From: Balanoglossus misakiensis
Lineage: Eukaryota > Animalia > Hemichordata
Length of the DNA stretch: 64,000 nt
Direction: 5' to 3'
Assembly: GCA_040954595.2 (NCBI GenBank)
Contig: CM082589.2
Coordinates: forward strand, 398,888-462,887
Shown here: positions 29,168 to 41,200 of the stretch, piece by piece
Layout of the letters: each line of letters opens with the position of its first letter
Position numbering within the stretch: the stretch's first letter is position 1
Program-made: the position numbers and the translations under genes
Notes under the pieces: model-generated
What the model saw: the letters and a program-made list of their open reading frames with translations, nothing else
The model's database searches: none
Told to the model about the DNA's origin: nothing

Positions 29168-32100
29168 ATGGCGACTTCCATCAACACGCGTGGACGGAAG
29201 AAGAAAAATTCGAAGAGACAGAAATTAAAAAGTAAAGGCCAACTGATCGTCAAAGGGAAATGGAAATCGGTTAACGTAGACTCAGTAGACATACCATTGT
29301 TTGATGACACCGGAGGACTTACCCTTTTCGAAGAGCTTGACGACTATGATCTTGTAATTGAGAAGTCTGGAGGCAAAAAGAACGATGTCGAGGATGAAGA
29401 AATAACTGTAAGTTTAGTTATTCCATAGACAGTAGTTATGGTTAACCATGGAGGTACTCTCTAGTACCTCCATGGGTTAACTGAAGCTTCGGGTCAGTAG
29501 CTCTAGGCTTTGCCTATTGGTTTGTGGATTAATCGGGGAAACCACAAAGCATTGATGAGGTTGTTCTATGCCATGGAATATGCAGTTTGACCTCGATTTT
29601 CAGATGATGCTTATACACGTACGCTGCTACAGTCTACTTTCAGATTTGTTTATTCATACATGTAGTGTGGACAATAACATTGCCTCTTGTTTGCCAATCA
29701 ACAGGACAGTCAAATAGAACAATTTAAAGGAAAGTCTGAGAAAAAGGTGAAAAAACGTAAGAAGCAGGGGGATAAAATTGAAAGTGAACCCCCTAAGAAA
29801 AAGAAGAAAAAGAAACCAATACAAAAAGAGGTAGGTAGGTCTGTGTGTGTCTTGAATTATGTGAATGACATCAATCGTTGGCATTTGTAAGAATGTAATT
29901 TGAAATGTTTTTGTTGATAGACAAAGTCAGAGAAAATAGTTGAACTGGAATCACCAATGGATGAAGAGACAAGTAAGGATGTTGAAGAAGACAGTTGTCA
30001 AGGTGATGAAGAAGATGCCTTGGTTGAGGAAGAAGATGAAGAATGGAAAAGTATGTAATGAGTTTTAAGCAAATATTCAAGCAATTCTTCATGTTTTGAA
30101 GAGTAGAACAAGAAACCACAGACTACAGTACGTTGATACAAAAATAGCCCAGTGTTTTAGTTACAAGAGCAATAAGTGTTAAAACAACGTTTTCTTTCTT
30201 TTTTAGATGTTGAAATGTCAGACTGGTTGAATTTATTTGTACCTGAGCCAGTTTTACATGGATTAGCAGATCAGCAGTTTACCAAACCAACCCCAATCCA
30301 AATGAAATGTCTACCATCAGCTATTCGAGATTATCAGGATATTGTTGGAGCAGCTGAAACTGTTAGTAATAACACAAATATCAGAGCAGATGGGTGTTGG
30401 AAAGTAGAAAACTTTGCACTGGCAGTCAGTTTTATTGAGTTTGTTTCAAATATTGGCTATGTATCATGTTCACTTCTAGAGATCAGATATCTCAGTATTG
30501 CTTTCTGTTTGTAAAAATACAATTGGTTATATGTATACTGTTGCTCGTTATACCGTCTCTGAGTTGCATTTCTGATCTGTCGAGGTTAACCCAATAGAAA
30601 TCTCTTCTCCCCAAAAGGGAAGTGGGAAGACTCTAGCATTTGGTATCCCCATATTGCATCACATTCTGAAGATTCAGGAGAAGGGAGAAAGGCAGAGAGA
30701 TGGTTTGCTTGGGTTGATTTTGACACCGACAAGAGAGCTGGCCATTCAAGTGAAAAACCATTTAGTGGCTGTTTCCAAGTATACCGATATTAAGGTGAGA
30801 CAAAGATCTATTGCTATAATTTTTATTTAGCAAGGACTTTGTTATTTACAGTGATTTTCAATTAACATAAGATATGCTTGAGGTACTTGAGAAATCTGAT
30901 TCATCTACCTGCAATCATTTTATGGTCCAGCAACATTATTTGTAAATCTTTAATTTTGTCTAGATTGCTGTGGTTGTTGGAGGGATGTCAGCTCAAAAAC
31001 AAGAAAGAATTCTGAAAAAGAAACCACAGATTGTCATAGCAACTCCAGGAAGATTGTGGGAATTGATACAACAGGTACACAGCTGTTCTTCTGCTAACAG
31101 TCTTTTGATGTCATCTTATTTGTACTTTACCCTTTCACCACTATAGTCCAGTCCAAATCCATTGTTTTCTATGGTAATGTTGGGCTTCTAAAGAGGGAAT
31201 TTGGGGTGAAATGCTAAGAATGTATTTTTTGTTCATCTCTCTAGGGTGAGCCCCATCTAAATACTGTGATCGGTGTTAAATACCTTGTACTAGATGAAGC
31301 AGATAGAATGGTTGAGAAGGGTCACTATGCAGAACTCACAAGTCTCTTAGATCTGATCAATGGGTAAGATTTGCAAATGATTATGCACATGTGTTTGTAG
31401 AAAAGTTCATTTACTATAACTGGGAAGCAAGGATGTCTGCTCACATAGTACTCTACACCACAAAAATATTTGCATTATTATAACTTGTAATCTAGGAAAA
31501 TATGAAGGTGTTGCTAAATGTGGTTACTTTTCCTGCAATCTTCAGGAGTGAAACGCCTCAGAAAAGACAGACGTTTGTATTTTCAGCCACATTGACAATG
31601 ATACATCTTGGACCTGACAGAAAACTTATGAAAACAAAATATAACATCAGCAAAGAACAAAAATTAGGTAAGAGATACTTGTAAGCTATGCTCTCTTAAT
31701 GGACCTGTCTTGACTTATAGTTTCAATTCATTCTAAAAGAGAGACATTGTTATAGTAGCTTGAATGTTTTATCCTTTCCTTATTTTGATTAGATTCTCTC
31801 ATTGCCAAGATTGGTATCCGTGAGGATCAGATGAAAGTGGTTGATTTGACCAAAAAGGAGATGATTGTAGAAACATTGACAGAAGCCAAGATCAATTGCA
31901 GTTTGGAAGAAAAGGTTTGTTAATTGTCTTGGACATATTTTACAGAAATGTTTTGACCTGAAAGAATTGATTAACCATATGTGTGCATTCATGCAGAAAC
32001 TTCAAAAACACACCAAAAATGTGTATCATGATTCGTATTACTTATTCCTGTTCTAAATGTTCATTTTTGTTTTACAGGACTTTTATTTATTTTATTTTCT

Positions 32101-33914
32101 GCTGCAATACCCTGGACGTACGTTAGTGTTCACGAATAGCATTGACTGTATCAGACGATTAATCTCAGTTTTCACACTACTTGTAAGGAAACCACTGCCT
32201 CTACATGCTAATATGCATCAAAAACAAAGATTGAAGAATCTTGAGAGATTTTCATCTGACCCAAATGGGTTGCTATTGGCAACAGATGTAGCTGCAAGAG
32301 GATTGGATATTCCCAATGTCCAACATGTTGTTCATTATCAAGTTCCAAGAACGGCTGAGGTAATCACTTTATGACATAATTGTTTTAGATTTGTATGAAC
32401 TCTTTTAGCCCAACTTTGAAGATGTCATTCAAATGAGAATACAGGGATAACCTTAGAGCAAAGAATGGAATATTTTGACAGTTTTTATTGAAATCTTTGT
32501 GGTTATTTATGATTGGCACATGACTCTATTTCTGTTTTGACTGACAGATTTACGTTCATCGAAGTGGTCGTACTGCTCGAGCAACAAAAGAAGGACTGAG
32601 TTTGATGTTGATTGGTGCAGATGACGTGGCACATTACAAAAGACTTTGTAAAACTCTTAACAGGGGTAAATATGATGATGTAGACAATATGGAATATCAG
32701 GAATTATTAATATATACTTCCATAAATGGTTAAAATAATGTCCTTTGAAAATATCAGTTACTATTATATTAGCATTAATGAAGAGAAATATCATGTATGT
32801 TTTTTTTCCTTATTTACATTCAGATGAAGAGATCCCAGTGTTTCCAGTTGAAATGAAATATTTGACGGCTGTGAAGGAAAGAGTGAACACTGCAAGGAGA
32901 TTGGACAAAATGGAACATCAGTTTATGAAAAAGAAACATCACAATGACTGGTTTACAAAAGCTGCTAAAGAGCTTGACATTGACCTTGATGAAGATCTCT
33001 GGTATCCTTTGGCAGATAAATGTTCTTTTGGAGAATGTCAGGTTCTGTTTGATACCAAAATTAAATTTTGTTGCTGAGGGTTTATGTCTCTTAACGTCAA
33101 TGATGGTTATAATCTTTACAGCTCAGGCCCAGCATTAGTTTTTCAGAATAAAGCATATGTGCTTGAAGCACACACTACCATAACCATCTGATGGTGCATG
33201 TGGATGAAAGGATTTGATATAAATAACTTCTGATTCACTATTTGATTTTCCTTGAGTGAATTTTTAGTCTGCATGACATGGGAGATAACTATGAACAAAA
33301 ACAACATGAGAGAAAGGTGAAGAATTTGAAAAGTAAGTATCAGCATCTTTTACTTATGTTCTCCTCTTTAGCGGTTTTTGTCATATGTTAATTTCGGTTT
33401 GCACATTTCAACTGCACACTGCTTACCTTCCAAATTTTAGGATGTATAATACAGATTTCAGTAGTTACACACTGTTTTAAGTCTGTCATTTTCAAGTTAA
33501 CAAAGGTTCTTTGTATGTTCATTGTTATTTCAGTGGATTTGAAATCTCTGTTACAGAAGCCAATCTTTCCCAAAGGATATTCAACATTATATCCAACTGT
33601 TGCTGGACGTCTTTCAGTCCCAATGATGCACAGTAAGTAGATAATCTTACAGCAAAAAAAATGCATCAAAAGCCCAAAACTTTTGGCTACCCATACTGAA
33701 ATGTAGCTATAGCTAATAGAGCTACAAGAAGTCGAAATTTAAATTTTATATGATGTTTATATAATTTTTCCCAACAGGTAATGCATCCCAGCATTCCATG
33801 AGTGCAATAACAGCAGTGAAACGTGATAGAAAGGAAACTGGTGGATTTACACAAACTATCAAGTTGCCAAGGAAACAGAAATCTAAAAAGCACCGACGGA
33901 AAAGGAAAAAATAA
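29168..33914 (+). CDS. DDX24: ATP-dependent DEAD-box RNA helicase DDX24 (Mak5 ortholog), ~15 exons
   Basis: N-terminal GKWKSV...FEELDDYDL; Q motif FTKPTPIQ; AETGSGKT; PTRELA; TPGR; LVLDEADRM; FSAT; [15 protein letters not shown]; [17 protein letters not shown]; TDVAARGLD; [10 protein letters not shown]; C-terminal [11 protein letters not shown]...YPT; basic tail, TAA at 33912-33914. Confidence 0.95.
29440..29481. mobile_element. 28-bp hairpin CATGGAGGTACT-CTCT-AGTACCTCCATG between perfect 7-bp direct repeats
   Basis: GGTTAAC at 29440-29446 and 29475-29481 flank a 12-bp inverted repeat; DDX24 intron 1. Confidence 0.6.
31126..31217. mobile_element. Degenerate short MITE, same family as 2902-2984
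   Basis: Imperfect terminal inverted repeats tttaccctttcacc...ggtgaaatgctaa; internal similarity to the 2902 copy. Confidence 0.5.
33002..33267 (+). other. U12-type (minor spliceosome) GT-AG intron in DDX24
   Basis: 5' site GTATCCTTT (33002-33010), branch TTTTCCTTGA (33246-33255), 3' TAG at 33265-33267; splicing restores the frame ([38 protein letters not shown]). Confidence 0.85.
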
Positions 33915-34119
33915 GAACAGAAGTTGTTTCTAAACATTGATGTTGGAAGATATCCCATCAGAGCAAATCTTTAAAATACAATTATTTACCTGTATTCCAT
34001 AAATGTCAACAAACAATAAACATCATGCAGACTAAATGGTATTTGAAATATATGTAGTGTTTTTAGCTCTATGAACTCAGTGGCTCTACAAAGTCAAGTA
34101 CAAGGATTTGGATTGTCAT

Positions 34120-36438
34120 TCATTCTTCACCCGAGTGATACTCTGTGAAGATTGGAGAACCTAAATCGGAATGCGAATTTGAAATCCAAACTGTATTTAC
34201 ATCACTTGCATGAACTAATTTAGTGTCATAAGTCTGAATGACTGCATCTCTCATCACAACTTCAGTATTAACAGCAACATCTGTGAATCCACGCAATGGG
34301 AGATTCAAATCTTCATTGTCATTTATATTACTTTTACTGTTTTTTATTTTTTTATTTTTCATCCATGTGACGTACTGTCCTGGAATGCAGATCAAACCCC
34401 CAATCAGATGCAAGCACCCAAGTGCATAGAAAGAGTTGTCATAGTTACCAGTGACATCATAGATGTATCCTGTATGAATGAAGGGGAACAAAGAAAGCAG
34501 TCGATTTAATGATAGATACAATAAGAAATGATAGTGTAGTGTTTTCATCCTTTTAGTTGCAAGTGAATGAAATCAGCTAGAAGTTACCCTTTTTGACAGG
34601 TCAGTTGCAGGTATATGTTGTTTACCATAAGTGCATTTGATGAAGTCTTTCAAACCTCTGAGTAAATCATGGTTTATCAGAAAAGTAACAACATGACCGT
34701 ACCTGCAAGTGGCGGCCCAAGAAGAACAGCAATCCCAGCTGGGCACAGTAATATAGGCATGGCACTCAGGAAGTTTTTACCTCCAACATATTCTTTAATG
34801 CAGACTATACATACTGACATGTAAACACCAGAACCTAATCCTACAATTGCTATCAAGGCAACAAAGCCTGCATACGAAAGAGCAAAGTAAGGGATCATTA
34901 AAGCCACCCCGACCACAAATATACTTAGAATGTAGAAGTTAGTGGCTGATATGATTTTGCGCTGTACTATAATGCCACCACCAGCCCTGCCAATAAAACC
35001 AGTAAGCCCCAAGACAGAAACAAGCCAAGCAGTTTGCTGCAAAGTGGAAACACGCATAACATTTGCACGTGATTGCATATGCACAACGGACCCTAGCAAC
35101 CCTGATGTAGTACAGGTGAAGGAGAGTGAAAGAAGAGTTAATCTCAAATAATCACAAAATAAAAGACGCAGGACATATAAACAACCGCAGCTTGGTTTTT
35201 GCTTTTTACTCTGTACCTTTTCAGTGGCATTATCATTATAATCATGATCATCTGTTTTTGTTTTTGGCCTTGCATACATAACCACTGGTCTCATGAGTGC
35301 ACCGCCAATGGTGACATGAGCGCAAATGGCGGAGAGAATCAACATGGATGCCCTCCAGCCAAATTTTTGAAGGCAGGCTTGAAGTATAGGTGGAAGAATG
35401 ATCATACAGAAGCCACAGCCAGATATGGCTATTCCGTTGACAAGCGCATGTTTCGTGGGAAAATAAATTGCCAGCATTTCAAAGCTTGGAGGTAAAGATA
35501 CAGCGAGTCCAACACCTGAAAAAAGATGTAACAAATATTGAGAAAAGTGCATGGGTATCGAGAGAGGGAAGGAAGGACTTTGACTGATTTTAATAAATAG
35601 AAAATAAACGTAAAGTTTGTCAAGTGAAGTTGTTTGTTCTGTACATACCTGATAGAACACCAACACTTCCGTAGAGAAATTTCAATGTGGGTGCAAAATA
35701 ACTGATAAAGAATCCCAGGAAACCTAGCACTCCACCGATCATAATTGCAATACGGTGACCAACCATCTTCGTCAAGAATGCACCCAAAAAACCTGTCAAC
35801 AGATTCATCAACGGTGTTCAGATTATTTATTTGTTTTGACCTATTTATTGATCACATATTTGTTTCATGATACATCATGAATCTCAAAGTTTGTGTTTAA
35901 ATATTTGATGTGTTGTCAAGCACATCAAACTAACATAAATTACTTTGATTTGTATATTGATCTTCTGTAGTATTCATAATTGAATGATCATGTGTGCGTG
36001 TCACTGTAGATAAAGGTGTTGGTCTTGTCAATGTGGAGGGACTACCATGCTGTATCAAACCAGACAGATTATATTTGAAAACGATCTTTCACGCTTCACA
36101 AGATTTAAAGGCCTCTTATAAAGGGATTTTTCCTCATTGTAAATGAAATAAAATGGACAGTGCATGCATGATAATATGTCCTTGCTTTCCTCACCTCCAC
36201 TGAATACAATACATGGCAAAATTGAAAATATCCAGGAAGTGGCTTCTGCACTCGATTCGAAGTATCTTCGTAAATCGATGAAAAGTGGACTCAGTGATTG
36301 AACCAATCCTGTCGTCATGAATTGAATTATGAAACTGCCGAGAACAACCATCCATCCCCAACCTCCATCTGGTCCAATCAGTTCTTGATTTGTGTTTTTA
36401 CTTTTCATGTCTGAAACTAATTGTTTTACAGATCGCAT
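34120..36438 (-). CDS. Monocarboxylate transporter, SLC16/MCT family (MFS), ~516 aa, 4 exons
   Basis: Exons 36195-36438 (PDGGWGWMVVLGSF), 35649-35792 (GHRIAIMIGG...LYGSVGVLSG), 34703-35515 (YFPTKHALVNGIAISG...FGWRASMLIL...LMRP...LGPPLAG), 34120-34469 (YIYDVTGNYDNSFY). 1551 nt in frame; PDGGWGW is the SLC16 signature. Confidence 0.93.
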
Positions 36439-37497
36439 AATGAATTGGATCCCATGGTCAAAATAAAATAATATAATTTCAACAAATCACAGCCAACGAC
36501 ACGGTTTCTTGATAGAAAATGGTTGAAGTGGTATATATGACGTTAAGAATGACATATCTTCATATTTGACAAATCGCTTTGTATTGTAAACCAAGTGATC
36601 CCTGAACTATGCGCACGTGCGCGTTCTAAGCTTATGAGAGAGAGAGACAGAGAGAGAGATGGTGCTATCAATATAACTTGACACGAATCTGTACTTGCAA
36701 ATTAGTAGGCCTGTATCGAAGGAGTTTTTAGACGAGTTTTTTAAAACAATAATGTGGAGTAGGCGATGGATTAGGCTAATTGCCAAAACAATTGAATCGC
36801 ATGGGAGGAAGTAATCTTTTTTGATGTTGGATGGTCATGCTTGTTGCCTACAAATTCTTATGTACACCCTTGGTCGAATGTCTTTGATACAGAGCCGGAT
36901 TTAAAAGGAAACTGTAGTCGAAGTTAAGACACATTTCCTGTATTACTGGTCGCCTTTCAAGACATCACTTGTTTTAAACATACACTTATTTAGTACTTTC
37001 ATCAGAGCTCGTAAACGATCAACATACCTGCAATTTTGTCATCAGATTTACGAAGAATTACCAGTCTGATTCGTCGTCACGTCATTGACTGACTTCGTTT
37101 CGAATTTATATACCAAATGACAGCAACAAGTATGATCAATCATCTTAGTTTGACATGCCATATAAACAAAAACACGTGATTGTCGTCGTTGCACACAGTT
37201 ATGCCATAAAGAAAATTCTTGAAACTGACTTTGTCGTTAAGAGAAAAGAAAAGAAACGATGGAGTATACTTGAGACAGAAATGCACACGCACTTACAGCA
37301 AACTTATTATCTTGCAGAAAAGACAACGTTTTCAGTAAAATTAGCTTTATTTGCTAAAATCACTTGGATAAGTTGTGCTCGACATAAATTTTAGACGAGC
37401 TGTATGAATTATTATAATGTACCATTAAACATGGTCATGTGATATTCCAGTGGCTATAGAAAACAGGCAGAGGGGATGGCGGCAAATTTAATTACAA

Positions 37498-37515
37498 GGG
37501 GGGGGGGGGGGGGGG
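37498..37515 (+). repeat. Poly-G run (~18 nt)
   Basis: Uninterrupted G tract. Confidence 0.85.
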
Positions 37516-37766
37516 TAACATCTTTTGAGTCAAACGTGCAATTCATTTGTTTCCATTGTATGTTGTATCGCCGCTTTTCAGGGTTAGACCTAAAGGATCG
37601 ATATACAGAAAGTTAATTTAAAATGGCCATATTTAGATCAAACATAATCCACATCATTCTACAGGAAATGACAATTCTCTGCACACTCCCATTCGAACGG
37701 AACAGTTTCAACTTTCATGTCACAATCTGTCATCAATAAATGGGCAATCAAAGATCCAGTCGCCAT

Positions 37767-38011
37767 TTATATTTTTGTATCTTCCAAATCAACGAAAGAA
37801 GTCTGAATTGTAGCGTCTTTCATCTCTACGGAATTTCCTTCGTATTCTTCATTAACACACGGCGTATCTATGATACGTGTTTCATCTTTCATCTCACAAC
37901 AACTGCCGTTGATGCACTTTCCAACAGCACAGATGAAACCGCCGATCAAATGCAAACAGCCAGTGACGTAAAATGAGTAGTCATAGTTACCAGTCACATC
38001 AAATGTCCAAC
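37767..38011 (-). pseudogene. Orphan terminal exon of a paralogous SLC16 transporter
   Basis: Minus-strand TAG acceptor (38014-38012) followed by (G)WTFDVTGNYDYSFYVTGCLHLIGGFICAVG...VEMKDATIQT*, clearly homologous to exon 34120-34469 (GYIYDVTGNYDNSFYALGCLHLIGGLICIPG...VVMRDAVIQT). No matching upstream SLC16 exons seen. Confidence 0.75.
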
Positions 38012-38208
38012 CTATCGAAGAACGAACATAAAAGTACTAAGAACATACATTTTATTTTGAAACATCTGCTTTATTTCCATGTCAGTAGATATTTGCTCAA
38101 TCAATGGCACCTTTGCCTGTACATTAAAGATCGGGTTGTCATTGTAATTCACTGCTGCTGTGCATTGAAAGTTGCATTTTGTCTGTTGTTTTCAAGTCTT
38201 CATTGCCA

Positions 38209-41200
38209 TTATGATGGGTATCGTTCAATAATGGCACCATGTCCCTGCAAAGGAAAGTTGTAGAAGAAACATGACACAATGAGTACACTGATCGAGATTT
38301 AAATTGTAACTTTTACCTAACTCAGGGGTACCATGATGTAAACATGGCTGAATTTAAGTGTGTAGAGGACTAACACCTGATGTGTGAGTCTAAGGAGTCT
38401 ACTAAAATGGCTGATAAGTAAGTGAGTGAGTGAGTTACTTACATGTCCACCAGCAGCACAGGCAGCTACTAGGGCAAATTGTCCATCTTCTTTGTGAAGT
38501 CTATTGGCGGCTGTTGTCACAAGCCTAACACCTGTAGCTCCAAATGGATGTCCAAGAGACAAAGATCCACCCCATGTATTAAATTTCTCCAACGGTGGAG
38601 TACCAACCTGGAAGACAATGGTTTTTATAGCTCATTTATGGCTCATATTTTGGTGACAGTAGTAGTATCTGTGCTACTTTTAGCTGTGTGAACTGACAAT
38701 ATATTCATACCTCTAAAATGATATTGAAACAGAAGCCATCTTGAAAACCATGACAACAACAACAATCATTATTAGTTGAAAATAGTTCTCACCTTGGTTT
38801 GTCTTCCCATATAGTTCTGTGCAAAGAAATCTGAGTCCATTGCTTTCAAGTTTGATAAGATCTGTCCAGCAAATGCTTCATGATATTCAAAAACATCAAT
38901 ATCAGACATTTCTAATCCAGCACGTTTCAATACTGCTGGTGTTGAATAAGTAGGCCTACAATAATAAACAGATGAAAGTACATGTAACTGTCTTGGACAT
39001 AGATCTTTATGCGATGTCATAAGTCATGAGAGACCAGAGTGTAATGGTAATGGTACAAGGAAGGTATAAGACATCATGAATGTGCTTACATAGTCTAAAG
39101 CATGGTGTGGTAAAAACAAACTGAAAATGTTGCTCTGTTGGTAAAGTGTCTTAAATGCAGTTGGCAGGAAGTCATTCCTTGTGTTTGAACTTGAGGGTTT
39201 GGAAACAAAGTGGCCAGGAATGTCGTGCAACATACCCAAGAAGAAGTTGATCTTTAGGATCCTGAGCAACATAGACAAAATCTCTGAGATAAGCGATGGG
39301 TTTGTAACCCAACTCTTTGGCTTTTTCTTCCGACATAATAAGACAAGCTGATGCACCATCAGTCTATCAAAAGAAATAAAAATGAATGGAGATTAGAGTT
39401 AGTCTCTGGTAAAACATTGTTTCTTGTTTTAAATATTTGATTGGTTACTACAAAAATGTTGCATTTTTTCTGGGACATTGGAAAGCTAGCTCTCCTCATT
39501 GAAAATATAAATATTGATTCATCGAAATCAGTAAGAATGAGAAACACCTTATTCATGAAGCTTCCTACAGCTGTAGGTTGACTATGGTGTTTGTTACACT
39601 TACCAAGAATGAAGCATTGGCAGCTGTGATGGTACCATACGGTTTAATGAAAGCTGGTTTCAGTTTTGCCATTTGTTGATGCGATGATACTCTGATACCA
39701 TTGTCTCTTATCACAGGCTTGTTTTTACCGGGAACATGGTAATCTAACCTATCTGACAGATGGCCTTCTTTGGTGGCTTTGTCTGCCAGAGTGTGTGATC
39801 GTAAAGCAAATTCATCCTGTAAGGCAAGTAAAAGACTTATTTTCAATTCCTTTTTATAGTCAACAGAAATCATCAATAACATGACATTTCATTGAGATGG
39901 TAGATTGTACTGTGGCTACGAAATTCATAGTCTGTTGCCATGGCAAAATGTTCACATACCTGTTCATTCCTGGAGATGCCAAATGCAGCACAGAGTCTAT
40001 CAGCAGAATGTCCCATGGTTTCATTGGTAGAAAATTCAGCCACAGCTGGCAGTTCTGGTGACAGGGCTTTCATGCTGAGATGTTTACTGGCCAGTGCTAG
40101 TTTGGCTCCAGCTGTCTTGGCCTGAAGCAAATCATTAAGCACATGGGACAGTTTAGCACCCACTGACTTACACACAAGGGAGATACAACACTTGGGTTTG
40201 GTCTTCTAGTAGTGATTCAAAATGCCAGGAAATACAGTTCAGCAGAATCCATTATTGGTAACTCAGAACTCGGACCACAGGGATTAATACAATAAGCAAC
40301 TGATTTTTTTTACCTTGCCAAGTCCTAACATAAATTTTCTCATCTGTCTACTGTGTCTAATTGGTACATCTGACATGAATTCAACACCACCTGCTATTGC
40401 TACTTCTGCCTGGCCCATTGCAATCATTCCCATAGCTATAAGAAAAAACAACAACATTTGATCAATATGGTGTCATCCTCTAACAGAGGTGAAACAGAAG
40501 TGCAACACTGAAAATGTTACAATTTTATATGGATTGACATGTATCAGTAATCTACAACAATTGTAACAAAATGTTTACATGTGCAAGCAACACATACATC
40601 ATTGTGCCTTAAACGTTTTGACTTTTGATTAGTCCTGCATGTGTCATTCCCAAAGCAGAACTGATCATTCAGCTTTAATGGAGTCCAATACTAACTATTG
40701 GTGTCGCTATAATGGTATCAAGAAGTGCTGAATCATGCTGTAGAATTTGTATCTCATGCTGTATGGGTCCAAAGTTGCTGTTGATGGGATTAATGGAATC
40801 TCACACCCCGAAGGACCTTGAATTTCATTTCACACACAAACAAACAAACAAACAACAACAACAAATTAGATCTCTTTACTAACCTGTTGTAATAGCCTGG
40901 TTGGCTGATATGCATGCCATGGTTACCGTATGACACGGTGTCTTCTGTTCGAAACCTGCACTCAATGCAGCCTACAAAATAATTAATATCAACAGAAAAA
41001 TGTAAAGGATTTCTCCATAAATCTTTAAGTGGCTTTCAAGATTTGCTGAACATTATTAGTGATTGCTTGCAAAAGTCATTGATGTAATGTGGGTGGTCAG
41101 ATTTCCAACAGAGCTTCGAGATGCTAAGTAGACTTACCTCTCTTGCAATGTTACTTGTTTTGACTTCCTGAATGACTGTGCCAAATACAATGTAATCAAC

